This document shows, piece after piece, positions 38,328-46,782 of a stretch of 64,000 nucleotides of DNA (its first letter is position 1; the number at the start of each line of letters is the position of its first letter). The position numbers and the translations under genes are program-made. The notes beneath the pieces are model-generated. The model ran no database searches and was not told the origin of the DNA. It saw only the letters and a list, made by a program, of their open reading frames with translations. The DNA is from a virus (Duplodnaviria > Heunggongvirae > Uroviricota > Caudoviricetes > Thumleimavirales > Hafunaviridae). The stretch spans positions 12,135-76,134 of the IMG/VR virus record IMGVR_UViG_2595698614_000001; one strand, 5' to 3'.

Positions 38328-39509
38328 TTACGGCTGATACTGAACGTCGTAGAGCCACGTCAGCGGGAGACTGTCAGAGACTCCGTGGATAGTCGCGCCG
38401 GGCATCGACCACTCGGAGATAGATTCCTCGAAGTCACCCGGCGGCTTGATGGAACCGGAGCGAATCACCGGGACGTTCATCACGCGGTCAACGCCCTGCG
38501 TGTGGTAGTGGCCCGCGTAGGCAATCTCGAAGTCGTGCTGGAGAAGCCATCCTCTCCAGTCTCGCTTCGCCGCCGCCGTTCCGATGTGTTCCGCCGCGTT
38601 CTGACCGTGCCGGATGTGGGCCTTGTGTCCCCGAATCTCGAAGTTCGTGAACCCCGTCCGGTCGTTGCGGATGAAGGTGATATTGTCGTACTCCGACGCC
38701 CGGACAACCGCATCGAGCATCCGGTACACAATGTCGTCACCGTTGGCTTGCTGGCTTGAACCGTTAATCCGAATCTCGCCGTGGTTGCCGGTCTGACACA
38801 CGACCTGAACGGCGTCGAAGTTCTCCGCGAGAGTCCGAATCTGCTCGAAGTGAACCTGCGTAGCAATGTCGATTTGCTCGTTGAGGTTCAGCTCCATCTC
38901 CCACGCTTGGCCGAGGTAGATACCGGAGCCGGTGATAATGTCGCCGCCCATCACGTAGTGAACCGTGTGGAAGTCCCACCCGGCCTTCCGCTGGCGCTCA
39001 ATCAGTTCGAGCGTCTTCTGCGTCCGGTAGCGAATCCGCTCCAGAGCGATTTCGGTGTTGAAGACCTCGTTCCCGAACTCGTCTTCGAGAACGTCGCCAA
39101 TGTGGTCGTCCGTAACGTGAATCACCACGTCTTCCTCGCCACCCTCGGAGAGCGGGACGGCGCTCACGGCGGGTTCCGTGTTGTTCAGCACCTTATCGAG
39201 ACGGCGCGAGAGCGACCCGGCGGCCTTGTTCAGCCGCTTCGTCTTTGTCGCCTTCTTGTTGGAACCGTAGTCGCGGGTGCGGTTCTGGTTGGTGGGGTGT
39301 TCCTTCTCCACGTCCCGCATATACGCTTCGACCTTGCCCCCGTCGATGCGTCTTTTCGCAAGGGGAGCGCCCTTGCGCTCGATACTGCTGATGTGGTCAC
39401 GGGCCGTAGACTCGGAGAATCCGAACTCCTCAGAGAGAGCGGCGTAGGTCGCGGGGAGGTAGTCGATGATTTCCAGTTCGGTCGGGGTGAGGTTCTGTTC
39501 GTAGTTCAT
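38328..39509 (-). CDS. HTH domain fused to a calcineurin-like metallophosphoesterase (Mre11/SbcD-like)
   Basis: start MNYEQ overlaps the primase stop (ATGA); N-terminal winged-helix segment; phosphoesterase motifs DDH, GGDIITGSG, GNHGE, GHYH. Confidence 0.55.
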   Translation of the reverse strand: MNYEQNLTPTELEIIDYLPATYAALSEEFGFSESTARDHISSIERKGAPLAKRRIDGGKVEAYMRDVEKEHPTNQNRTRDYGSNKKATKTKRLNKAAGSLSRRLDKVLNNTEPAVSAVPLSEGGEEDVVIHVTDDHIGDVLEDEFGNEVFNTEIALERIRYRTQKTLELIERQRKAGWDFHTVHYVMGGDIITGSGIYLGQAWEMELNLNEQIDIATQVHFEQIRTLAENFDAVQVVCQTGNHGEIRINGSSQQANGDDIVYRMLDAVVRASEYDNITFIRNDRTGFTNFEIRGHKAHIRHGQNAAEHIGTAAAKRDWRGWLLQHDFEIAYAGHYHTQGVDRVMNVPVIRSGSIKPPGDFEESISEWSMPGATIHGVSDSLPLTWLYDVQYQP

Positions 39510-40741
39510 GTAGGTACGTATTCGTTTTCGTAGATTCGGCAGGATTCGTCCGAGTGGTCGTTCATTCCGACGCAGAACTCGCCGCCAGCGTCCCATACGT
39601 TCTGACAGACGAACGGGCCTTCGTAGCGGGAGATTAGGTCTTCAACCAGAGAGCGCGTAGTTCCCTCGCTGAATCCCTCGATAGGGCGGAAGAAGTTTAC
39701 AATCACGTCGATTGGAACCTTCTTCTGGATTAGCTCCTTCATCACATTGATTTCCATAATGCGACTCTCGGAACCGTACCCGTAGGAGTCGTTGCGCTTG
39801 ACAAACTCCATGATACAGGGCTTGTTCGCAACGAGAAGCGGAATGTCGCTTACCTTGATTCGGTCGTTCGATTCCTCCTCGTAGCGTTTCACCGCCTTCG
39901 GGTCTTTCACCGAACCACGGCGCTCGCTATGATATTCGCCACCGCTGGCGTTCCGTACTTCGAGGGCGACCTCCCGACGACCTGCCGCCGAGGGCGACCG
40001 CTCCGTGTATGGAACGGGCCGAGGGCCGCTGGTCAATTTGAGGTAGTCGTCTGGTGACAAGTTCACCAGCTCCTCGATGCTCACCGGAACACACCAGCTC
40101 GTTTCCTCCCGGTGTTCAGCTCCGGGGTGGGGCGTGTTCGGATGCCGGACGAGTCGTGCGAGGTCGGAGCTGTCAACGTCAACCCACGGGTCGATGTTGA
40201 TTCCGCCTGCGATTTCGTCCAGTTGCTCTATCATCTGGTCGCCGTACTTTTCGAGTCCACGCTTGAACTGCGTGTACGACCCGTTGGCTACATCCACCGG
40301 CTCGAAGTCGAAGAACAGGTGGATTCCTTTGTGACCGGACAGGGAGGCCCGCCAATGTTCTTGTTTTCCTCCGGCGATGATTGCCTCAGCGACGAGCTGA
40401 ACGCGAATGAGAAGGTCACTCATCGAGCGTTTCCACGCATCGAGGGTTCGGTTCCGTTCGCGGTACTCGGAGTCGGCGGGAACGTCGAAGTCGATGAAGA
40501 TAGTGTCTATCTTCGGGATGTTGTCCCCGTCGTCGGTGTGGCCCCGAGGGAAGGAGTAGGTGGATACGAACCCGTCCTTCCCGGCGTTGCCTGCTTCCAG
40601 AAGATTGCTTACCAGTTCTACTCGATTGTTCACCGGCTCTTGTATCCTAAACCGGGTACTCGCCCTCCGTGGAGCGTCCGGCCCCACGTCGGGACACCAG
40701 ACCTTGCTCGCTTGCCATAGAAGCTTCTCGTGATTTCCCAT
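39506..40741 (-). CDS. archaeo-eukaryotic primase-polymerase (PrimPol-like)
   Basis: 411 aa; AEP motifs IFIDFDVP (DxD), SGHKGIHLFFD, RLVRHPNTPHP; Cys-rich C-terminal region. Confidence 0.6.
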   Translation of the reverse strand: MGNHEKLLWQASKVWCPDVGPDAPRRASTRFRIQEPVNNRVELVSNLLEAGNAGKDGFVSTYSFPRGHTDDGDNIPKIDTIFIDFDVPADSEYRERNRTLDAWKRSMSDLLIRVQLVAEAIIAGGKQEHWRASLSGHKGIHLFFDFEPVDVANGSYTQFKRGLEKYGDQMIEQLDEIAGGINIDPWVDVDSSDLARLVRHPNTPHPGAEHREETSWCVPVSIEELVNLSPDDYLKLTSGPRPVPYTERSPSAAGRREVALEVRNASGGEYHSERRGSVKDPKAVKRYEEESNDRIKVSDIPLLVANKPCIMEFVKRNDSYGYGSESRIMEINVMKELIQKKVPIDVIVNFFRPIEGFSEGTTRSLVEDLISRYEGPFVCQNVWDAGGEFCVGMNDHSDESCRIYENEYVPT

Positions 40742-40866
40742 TTGTGTGAGTGGTCATTCTTCGCACCTCGCGGTGAAGCTCGTACATCCCTCGCTCTGAC
40801 AGGAGGGACAGTATTCAGAGACGCCACCCGTGCTGGTTTCACAGCACCGGCACGTCCAGCGTCCGT

Positions 40867-42348
40867 TCATCCGAGCGTTCCGCCAGCGAAGGCTTGCTCA
40901 GCGTCGGACTCATCGGCGTCGTCGGCGTCGTTGGAACCCCCGCCGTAGAGGTCTTGGGAGAACACGTCTTCCTCTGCTTCGGTCGCTTCTTCGACCTTAT
41001 CTTCGAGGATGTTCTGCTTGGTGATGTTCAGCTTCTCCCCGGTGAAGGGGTGCGTCACGAACAGGCCATCGCCCTCGCAGAACCGCTCGATGTATTCCTC
41101 CGCCACGCCTTCCGGCAGGGCCTTCCGAGCGGTTTCCTTCGTGTCTTCGACCATCTCTGCCCAATCGAGAGTCACGTCACGCTTCGCCTGAGCCGCGAAC
41201 TCGGACGCCTTCCACATCACGGGATTCTCGCTCTGGTCTTTCCGAACGTAGCCCTTCGTGAGCATATTGTTCAGCGCGGAGTGAACGTCGCGGTTCGTGA
41301 TGTTGAAGCCCCGGTCGCGCATCTCCATCTGAATCTCCGCCTTCGAGTAGCCGTCATTGGTGTCTCGAAGCATCGACAGCATCTCGAAGTCGATTTCCCG
41401 AAGGTTCAGCGCCGAGAGAATCATCTGCTCACCGAAGATACGCATTGCGTACCAAACGTCAGCCGGAGTAATCAGGAGAGTCGCCGTCTCCGTCCGGTCG
41501 GGGAGCGCGGGCGTCATTCGGTCTTTGTAGTGGAACAGCGCCACCGACCGGCAGAAGTCCAGAAGGCGCGGGAAGTCCTGCCGAGCCTCCGTGAAGTGCT
41601 GAGGGAGCGGGTTCTGGTTGTTCAGCGCAACCGACACCGGGTTCAGCGTTCCCCCGTTCGGGCCGTCGTCGGAAGCGAACATCTTGACCGGAATGCCGGA
41701 GACGTACCGGCGAATCTCGTCGCGCTCCTCCTCGGTGAAGTTATACTCGACGAGTCCAGCTTCCTGCCGGGCCTGCCGCTCGTTGACCTCTTTGGTCAGC
41801 TCCTCGGAAGCGTCGATACTCACGACGAGAGCGCGGTTCCGAAGTTCGGGGTAGTCGTTGAGGTCTACCTGCTCGTTGTCCGAAGCCACGAACAGCACGA
41901 AAGCGTCCGGGGGCTTCAGCTCGAACGACTCAGTTTGACCGCTCGTACCGAGAGCGCGGGAGTGGGTAGCCGACTTGCCCTCTCCGTGGCGCTTCATAAT
42001 TTCCTCCAAGTGCTGTTTGTCTTGGAGAGTCGCAATGTCCGGGTAACGGTGGACACGAGCCGAGTTCATCTGGTCTTCTTTCATGTAGAGGTCGGTCTTA
42101 CTGGTCGAATCGGGAACCTTGAACACGAAGTCCCCCATCGTACAGTAGTCAGCCGCATCCACCACCATGTCCTTGCCACCTCGTGAGAGGCCGGTCATAG
42201 CGACGAACCCTCCGTTGAACCACGAGAGGAACACGGTCTGGAGGGTGTCTTCTTCCCCCATCAGCCCGAAGTCCTCTTTCATCAGCGTCAGGTCGTACAG
42301 GTTCGGAATGTAGGTATCTTCCATCTGGTTGAGAACGGGTATGTTCAT
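40867..42348 (-). CDS. putative replication-associated P-loop protein with C-terminal winged helix
   Basis: 493 aa; degenerate Walker A (AMTGLSRGGKD), Walker-B-like hydrophobic-D/E stretch (AFVLFVASDNE), wHTH-like C-terminus, acidic tail. Confidence 0.4.
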   Translation of the reverse strand: MNIPVLNQMEDTYIPNLYDLTLMKEDFGLMGEEDTLQTVFLSWFNGGFVAMTGLSRGGKDMVVDAADYCTMGDFVFKVPDSTSKTDLYMKEDQMNSARVHRYPDIATLQDKQHLEEIMKRHGEGKSATHSRALGTSGQTESFELKPPDAFVLFVASDNEQVDLNDYPELRNRALVVSIDASEELTKEVNERQARQEAGLVEYNFTEEERDEIRRYVSGIPVKMFASDDGPNGGTLNPVSVALNNQNPLPQHFTEARQDFPRLLDFCRSVALFHYKDRMTPALPDRTETATLLITPADVWYAMRIFGEQMILSALNLREIDFEMLSMLRDTNDGYSKAEIQMEMRDRGFNITNRDVHSALNNMLTKGYVRKDQSENPVMWKASEFAAQAKRDVTLDWAEMVEDTKETARKALPEGVAEEYIERFCEGDGLFVTHPFTGEKLNITKQNILEDKVEEATEAEEDVFSQDLYGGGSNDADDADESDAEQAFAGGTLG

Positions 42349-42425
42349 TGCGAGCGAAATTTCAGGAACCTATTTCATGGCCTATGCTCGAAACTATGCT
42401 ACTTCATCGAGCGGGAGAACAGAGC

Positions 42426-42677
42426 CTACTCGTCCGACTTGCGAACGTGCTTCTCCCACCGCTCCATGATGCTCCTCTCGGTGGACTCCCACGCAAGTTC
42501 TTCCAGCGCCTCGATGACTTCCTCCGGGTCGTCAACAGGGTCGCCGTTCTCGTCGTGGGGAATCTCAGCGGTGAGGAACGTGTGGGCCGTCGCTGGCTCG
42601 TACTGACCGAGCTGTTTCTTCTTATCCGAACCGACCTGTACCTCTGTAACGTATTGCTTGGCGTCGTCCTTGTCCAT
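42426..42677 (-). CDS. hypothetical protein
   Basis: 83-aa ORF. Confidence 0.3.
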   Translation of the reverse strand: MDKDDAKQYVTEVQVGSDKKKQLGQYEPATAHTFLTAEIPHDENGDPVDDPEEVIEALEELAWESTERSIMERWEKHVRKSDE

Positions 42678-42708
42678 TTTTAAGAATTAAAGGCGTTCGT
42701 CCGAGTCT

Positions 42709-43656
42709 TTACATCCGCGCTTCGATTTCGCTAATCACCGCATCGAGGTCGTACTCGGCGTCACCGACTTCACCAGCGACGAGCTGTTCGACGTTCTCCG
42801 GGTTCGTCTCACCCGTGTTCGCCATGAAGTCGATAATCTGGTCGGCGGCCTGCGGAACGCCCTCGGGAAGCTCCTCGTCGGCGTCGTCGCCGCCACCGAG
42901 CGAACCACCGGAGCTACCGGAGGACTCGTCGGACTCGTCGCCGTCGCCGCCCGAGTTGGCGATGGTGATACCGGCGAACGTCTCGGCGTCGAGAACCTTC
43001 GCGTCGGTGTATTCCACGTAGTCGTCTTCGCTCTCCGCGTCGTCCGGCAGGAAGCCGTCCTTGTAGTAGGAGAGGATGACACGGCGGCCTTCGAGGTCGT
43101 CGCGGAGTTCGAGAGCGTCCTCGTTCAGCCAGTTGTAGTTGTCGTCCTTGTCGTCCACCACGTCGTGACCGGCGGGCGTGATGACCTTGGCGAACGTGCG
43201 GTTCTTCGTCCCGTTCGAGAGCCACAGCGTACAGTTGCCGAGGCTCACCGGGTCGTCGCCCTCACGCACAGCCTCCTGAAGCTTGTACGTGAAGTTGTTG
43301 CTACCGAACTGCTCGTTGTGACGGGAGGGAACTTCGTCAACCCCCACGTCCTCGGTCGGAGCGCCGTTGTCGTCGGTGGCGAACCACGTATCCCAACCGA
43401 ACACCTTGATGGTGTCGTCGGACTCGTCACCGGGCGACCGCTCCATCACGATGCCGTCGATAACCTCCACGTCGTCGGCGTCCACGATGAGGGACTGACC
43501 GTAGGACGACCCGGTGTATTCACCGAGACGCCCAATCTTGAACGAGATGAAGGCGTAGTTGTTCATCTTCAGGGAGATGCGCTCCTCGAAGTCGCCGCTC
43601 GCGCCGCTGTTGTTGGTGTTGCCGCCGCTGTTGTAGTCGGTGTCGAAAAGGCTCAT
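42709..43656 (-). CDS. hypothetical acidic protein (possible ssDNA-binding protein)
   Basis: 315 aa; Gly/Asp-rich linker and acidic C-terminal tail reminiscent of SSBs; assignment weak. Confidence 0.3.
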   Translation of the reverse strand: MSLFDTDYNSGGNTNNSGASGDFEERISLKMNNYAFISFKIGRLGEYTGSSYGQSLIVDADDVEVIDGIVMERSPGDESDDTIKVFGWDTWFATDDNGAPTEDVGVDEVPSRHNEQFGSNNFTYKLQEAVREGDDPVSLGNCTLWLSNGTKNRTFAKVITPAGHDVVDDKDDNYNWLNEDALELRDDLEGRRVILSYYKDGFLPDDAESEDDYVEYTDAKVLDAETFAGITIANSGGDGDESDESSGSSGGSLGGGDDADEELPEGVPQAADQIIDFMANTGETNPENVEQLVAGEVGDAEYDLDAVISEIEARM

Positions 43657-43737
43657 TTGTTGAAGTAGGTTTCTCTGGTTCTGTTTGTCACTCGTTTCGG
43701 AGCCAACTACGGCATAGGTGTTTTCGCCGTAGAAAAG

Positions 43738-43810
43738 CGCCGAGGGCAGGACTCGAACCTGCGACTACCTGATTAACAGTCAGGCGCTCTACCAACTGAG
43801 CTACCTCGGC
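43738..43810 (-). tRNA. tRNA-Asn (anticodon GUU)
   Basis: reverse complement folds as GCCGAGG-TA-GCTC...GAGC-G-CCTGA-CTGTTAA-TCAGG-TAGTC-GCAGG-TTCGAGT-CCTGC-CCTCGGC-G; canonical cloverleaf, no encoded CCA. Confidence 0.85.
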
Positions 43811-43836
43811 AAGAGAAAGAGGGGACTTGTGCTTGT

Positions 43837-43890
43837 CCTCACTCTATTAGATGTGGGTACAAGACTTAAAGATACCTGTTTGAGTCTTAG
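43837..43890 (+). promoter_or_regulatory. conserved composite intergenic element, copy 4 (upstream of tRNA-Asn in the minus direction)
   Basis: cctcactctattagatg...gacttaaagatacctgtttgagtcttag; the CTAATAGAGTGAGG box ends about 26 nt before the tRNA 5' end. Confidence 0.5.
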
Positions 43891-43972
43891 AGTTCATCGG
43901 GAGGGATACCCCGCTCGATGAAGTTAGTAGCAAGTGGAGAACCACAACCGGGAGAGATAGAAGTAGCAGACA

Positions 43973-44185
43973 TTACTTGTCGAAGCGGTTGACCCACGTA
44001 GAGAGATTCTTGATAGAGAGGCCATCCGCACGAACGTCGTCAGCGAGAGAAGTGAGAGAATCCAGCAGAGTAGAGTCGTTCCACGAGACGGGGTATTCGA
44101 GAGAGATGATGTCCACCTCGTCGCCGTTGCCGAAGGGTTCGAGAGTCGCTTCGAGGTCGCCGGAGGTCTGAGTGTAGGCGGTCAT
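43973..44185 (-). CDS. hypothetical protein
   Basis: 70-aa ORF. Confidence 0.3.
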   Translation of the reverse strand: MTAYTQTSGDLEATLEPFGNGDEVDIISLEYPVSWNDSTLLDSLTSLADDVRADGLSIKNLSTWVNRFDK

Positions 44186-44313
44186 GCTGGAGTGTTGATA
44201 GGGTTCACGACGTGGTTCGGCTCCGCAGTAGGAGCGAGCGGTACTTCCGGGCCGGACGGTTCGTTGAAAGAGACAGCTCCGACGCCACCCGAAGGGGTAT
44301 CGTCGTCGTCCAT

Positions 44314-44724
44314 CTATTCCTCCGCGAGCTGGTCGAACTTGGGAACGACCGTGCCGTTAACTCGCTCACCGGGAACGCTCATCCCCGAAAGCTCGAACAC
44401 GTCGGCCACCTTTTCGATACCAAACGCATCGAGCAGGTCGAAGAACTCAGCACTCGCGTCCTCGATACCATCAGGGAGGTCGAACTCCAAGTCAGCCGGG
44501 TCGGGGCCGTTCGCCGTGTACGTCGGGATAACCACGTACAGGTCTTCGGTCAGCTCGCCCCGGTCGATGAGTCTCGGCTCACCAAGCTCGATTTGTACCT
44601 CGAACCCGGAGTCGGTGCGCTCGGTGATTGCGTTGAAGACAGCTTCGGCCCCGCCGAGGTCGAGGTAGTCGAGGTTGTCGTCGTTACTTCGTCGGAACAG
44701 TAGGTTTCGGATGAATCCAAACAT
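44314..44724 (-). CDS. hypothetical protein
   Basis: 136-aa acidic ORF. Confidence 0.35.
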   Translation of the reverse strand: MFGFIRNLLFRRSNDDNLDYLDLGGAEAVFNAITERTDSGFEVQIELGEPRLIDRGELTEDLYVVIPTYTANGPDPADLEFDLPDGIEDASAEFFDLLDAFGIEKVADVFELSGMSVPGERVNGTVVPKFDQLAEE

Positions 44725-44906
44725 TGTTTCTCTCTGGTTCCAGCGGATAACCGCCGCTGGCGCGGCTCAAGGTAGCGTAGTACCAATCCCCTATGACGGA
44801 GGGGAAGCGACCGGCGGGAATCGAACCGCGCCTTGACCCTACCCACGCCCGTCGAGGGGCATGGTCATAGGGCCGCCATTGGTCGCAAAAGGGAGAACGA
44901 GCGTGC

Positions 44907-45040
44907 TACTCGTTCTTTAGCTCGTACATCGTCTCCTCGTGTTCCAGTTCAGCTTGTCGCCGGAAGTAGCCGAACGCGACCACCGTAACTACGGTCACGA
45001 GGAACAGCCACAGAAGAATCAAGAAGACGACTTTGAACAT
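44907..45040 (-). CDS. small single-pass membrane protein (44 aa)
   Basis: MFKVVFLILLWLFLVTVVTVVAFGYF...; ATG 2 nt after the SPFH gene stop. Confidence 0.3.
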
Positions 45041-45041
45041 C

Positions 45042-45914
45042 CTATTCGTCCTCGTTCGTCTCTTTCACGAGAGTCGGAGTTTCGTCGCTCGGGAGGTAGA
45101 TGGTCTTACCTTCCGAGTCCTGAATCGCCTCGATGTAGCGAATCTGGATGAGTTCCGGGTTGTTGCGAACGGACTCAGCAACGATTCGGTTCGCCTCGGC
45201 TTCACCCTGAGCGCGTTCAATCTGAGCGCGTGCTTCCTGCTTCGCCACTTCGACCTCTGCCTCAGCCTTCAGTTCACGCTGTTGGGCTACCTCCTTCTCC
45301 GTGATGGAACGCTCGTAGGACTCAGGGAAGTTGACCTTCGTAATCTGGACGGAATCCAGAACGAGGCCGGTGTTCGAGAACTTCTCCTCCAGTCTCTCTC
45401 GCGCGTCCATCGTAATCTGAGTCTGACCGGAGGACGTGTAGACCTCGCTCGTCTTCATGCTACCCGTCGTAATGAGCATCTGCTTCGAGAGGGTCGTCCG
45501 AATCATCCGCTGTTCGGCGTTGTCCAGCGTCTTGTAGTCCGTGTAGAACTCAGTCACCTGCTCCGGGTCGTTCGGGAGCTGGTAGCGAACGGTCACGTCG
45601 AACGTTGTCTCAACACCATCAGCGGTTTTCACCACGATAGGGTCAGCAAAGTCCTTCGCACCCTCTCCGGGGTTCGAGGTCATCGTGTACGCCTGCTGTC
45701 GGGTGGAGAGCGTCACCGTGTCGTGTTTGACCGGCGTAATCCAGTTCGCACCGGGCTGAAGAACCTCACCAGTTGCGTCACCCCACTCGGTGACAACCGC
45801 GACGTTTCCTTCGTCCACAGGCTCCCAAGCCATCGCACCAACCGCTCCGGTGGTGAGAATGAGGAAAGCCATACCGACTGCGATAGCCTTCAGTTTGAAT
45901 GTAGTTAGTTCCAT
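45042..45914 (-). CDS. SPFH/band-7 (prohibitin/stomatin-like) membrane protein
   Basis: approx 290 aa from MELTTFKL; N-terminal membrane anchor, band-7 core with coiled-coil EAEVEVAKQEARAQIERAQGEAEANRIVAES and conserved KTIYLPSD tail. Confidence 0.6.
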   Translation of the reverse strand: MELTTFKLKAIAVGMAFLILTTGAVGAMAWEPVDEGNVAVVTEWGDATGEVLQPGANWITPVKHDTVTLSTRQQAYTMTSNPGEGAKDFADPIVVKTADGVETTFDVTVRYQLPNDPEQVTEFYTDYKTLDNAEQRMIRTTLSKQMLITTGSMKTSEVYTSSGQTQITMDARERLEEKFSNTGLVLDSVQITKVNFPESYERSITEKEVAQQRELKAEAEVEVAKQEARAQIERAQGEAEANRIVAESVRNNPELIQIRYIEAIQDSEGKTIYLPSDETPTLVKETNEDE

Positions 45915-45967
45915 TTCGTAGATTTCTCTCTGGTCTGTTTGAAAGCCGATACACCGCACGGAGACGA

Positions 45968-46042
45968 TGGGATTTGAACCCACGCACTTTCGGTTAGAAG
46001 CCGAACGCTCTGTCCGAGCTGAGCTACGTCCCCAAATGCCAC
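45968..46042 (-). tRNA. tRNA-Arg (anticodon UCU)
   Basis: reverse complement folds as GGGGACG-TA-GCTC...GAGC-G-TTCGG-CTTCTAA-CCGAA-AGTGC-GTGGG-TTCAAAT-CCCAT-CGTCTCC-G; 75 nt. Confidence 0.8.
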
Positions 46043-46120
46043 CGCAGAGCGGTGGCTGGACACCAATGACAAACTATGACAGGATTCAGCCAAGCAAACG
46101 AGTCGGGAGGCCACCGCGAC

Positions 46121-46178
46121 CTCCTCACTCTAATAGACGCGAGCCAAGGACTTAAAGATACTGCTTTGAGTCTTTACC
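46121..46178 (+). promoter_or_regulatory. conserved composite intergenic element, copy 5
   Basis: cctcactctaatagacgcgagccaaggacttaaagatactgctttgagtcttta between tRNA-Arg and the divergent zinc-finger gene; a further AAAGACTTAATAG box lies at 46197-46209. Confidence 0.5.
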
Positions 46179-46230
46179 TCCGAGCCAAGCGATAGCAAAG
46201 ACTTAATAGCGGGACTTCATCTTTACACTC

Positions 46231-46782
46231 ATGGCGAAGACGAAACACAAGAACAACGAGAAAGTCGTCAAGTGCCCTGTGGAGGGCTGTAATCACGAAG
46301 GTCTATCCCGAGGGATGCACCTTCACGTCCGTCAGTCAAGCGGGAACGGTCACGGCCCGAACGGAGATGTTCCAGAACACTTGGACTTTAGTGACTTGGA
46401 AGTAGTTGGCACGCAAGAAGTTGAAATGGATTACCCCTCTGAACGCAAAGGCGAAGACGTAGCCCGCCTCTGTCCCTTCTGCCGACGCCCGTTCAGCGGG
46501 TATCAGGGAGTGATGATTCATCTCGGTCAAATTGCCGGGAAGGAGAATCACCCGGAAGATGCTACCGACCTCGTTGACAAAGGCGACTGTCCGGTTGCTC
46601 ACGTCGATGAGAACCGGAACGTCGTAGAGGTTATCGAGGAAGGCGACCCCGACCTGATGCCGTCCACGGAAGACCGGAGAGAAGGCTCCGTGCCACGAGC
46701 TGATGTGATTGCCTACATCGAGTGGGCTGAATCCAACGACCACCTTACGGCGGCCAACAAAGCCCGCGAGATGCTACTCTAA
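46231..46782 (+). CDS. C2H2-like double zinc-finger protein (putative regulator)
   Basis: 183 aa; CPVEGCNHEGLSRGMHLHVRQ and CPFCRRPFSGYQGVMIHLGQ each fit C-x(2-4)-C-x12-H-x(3-4)-H. Confidence 0.45.
   Translation: MAKTKHKNNEKVVKCPVEGCNHEGLSRGMHLHVRQSSGNGHGPNGDVPEHLDFSDLEVVGTQEVEMDYPSERKGEDVARLCPFCRRPFSGYQGVMIHLGQIAGKENHPEDATDLVDKGDCPVAHVDENRNVVEVIEEGDPDLMPSTEDRREGSVPRADVIAYIEWAESNDHLTAANKAREMLL

Noticed and set aside
40867-42348. Orc1/Cdc6 or MCM-type replication initiator
   Set aside because: The Walker A (GLSRGGKD) is atypical and no arginine-finger/sensor motifs of AAA+ initiators are recognisable; left as a generic P-loop replication-associated protein
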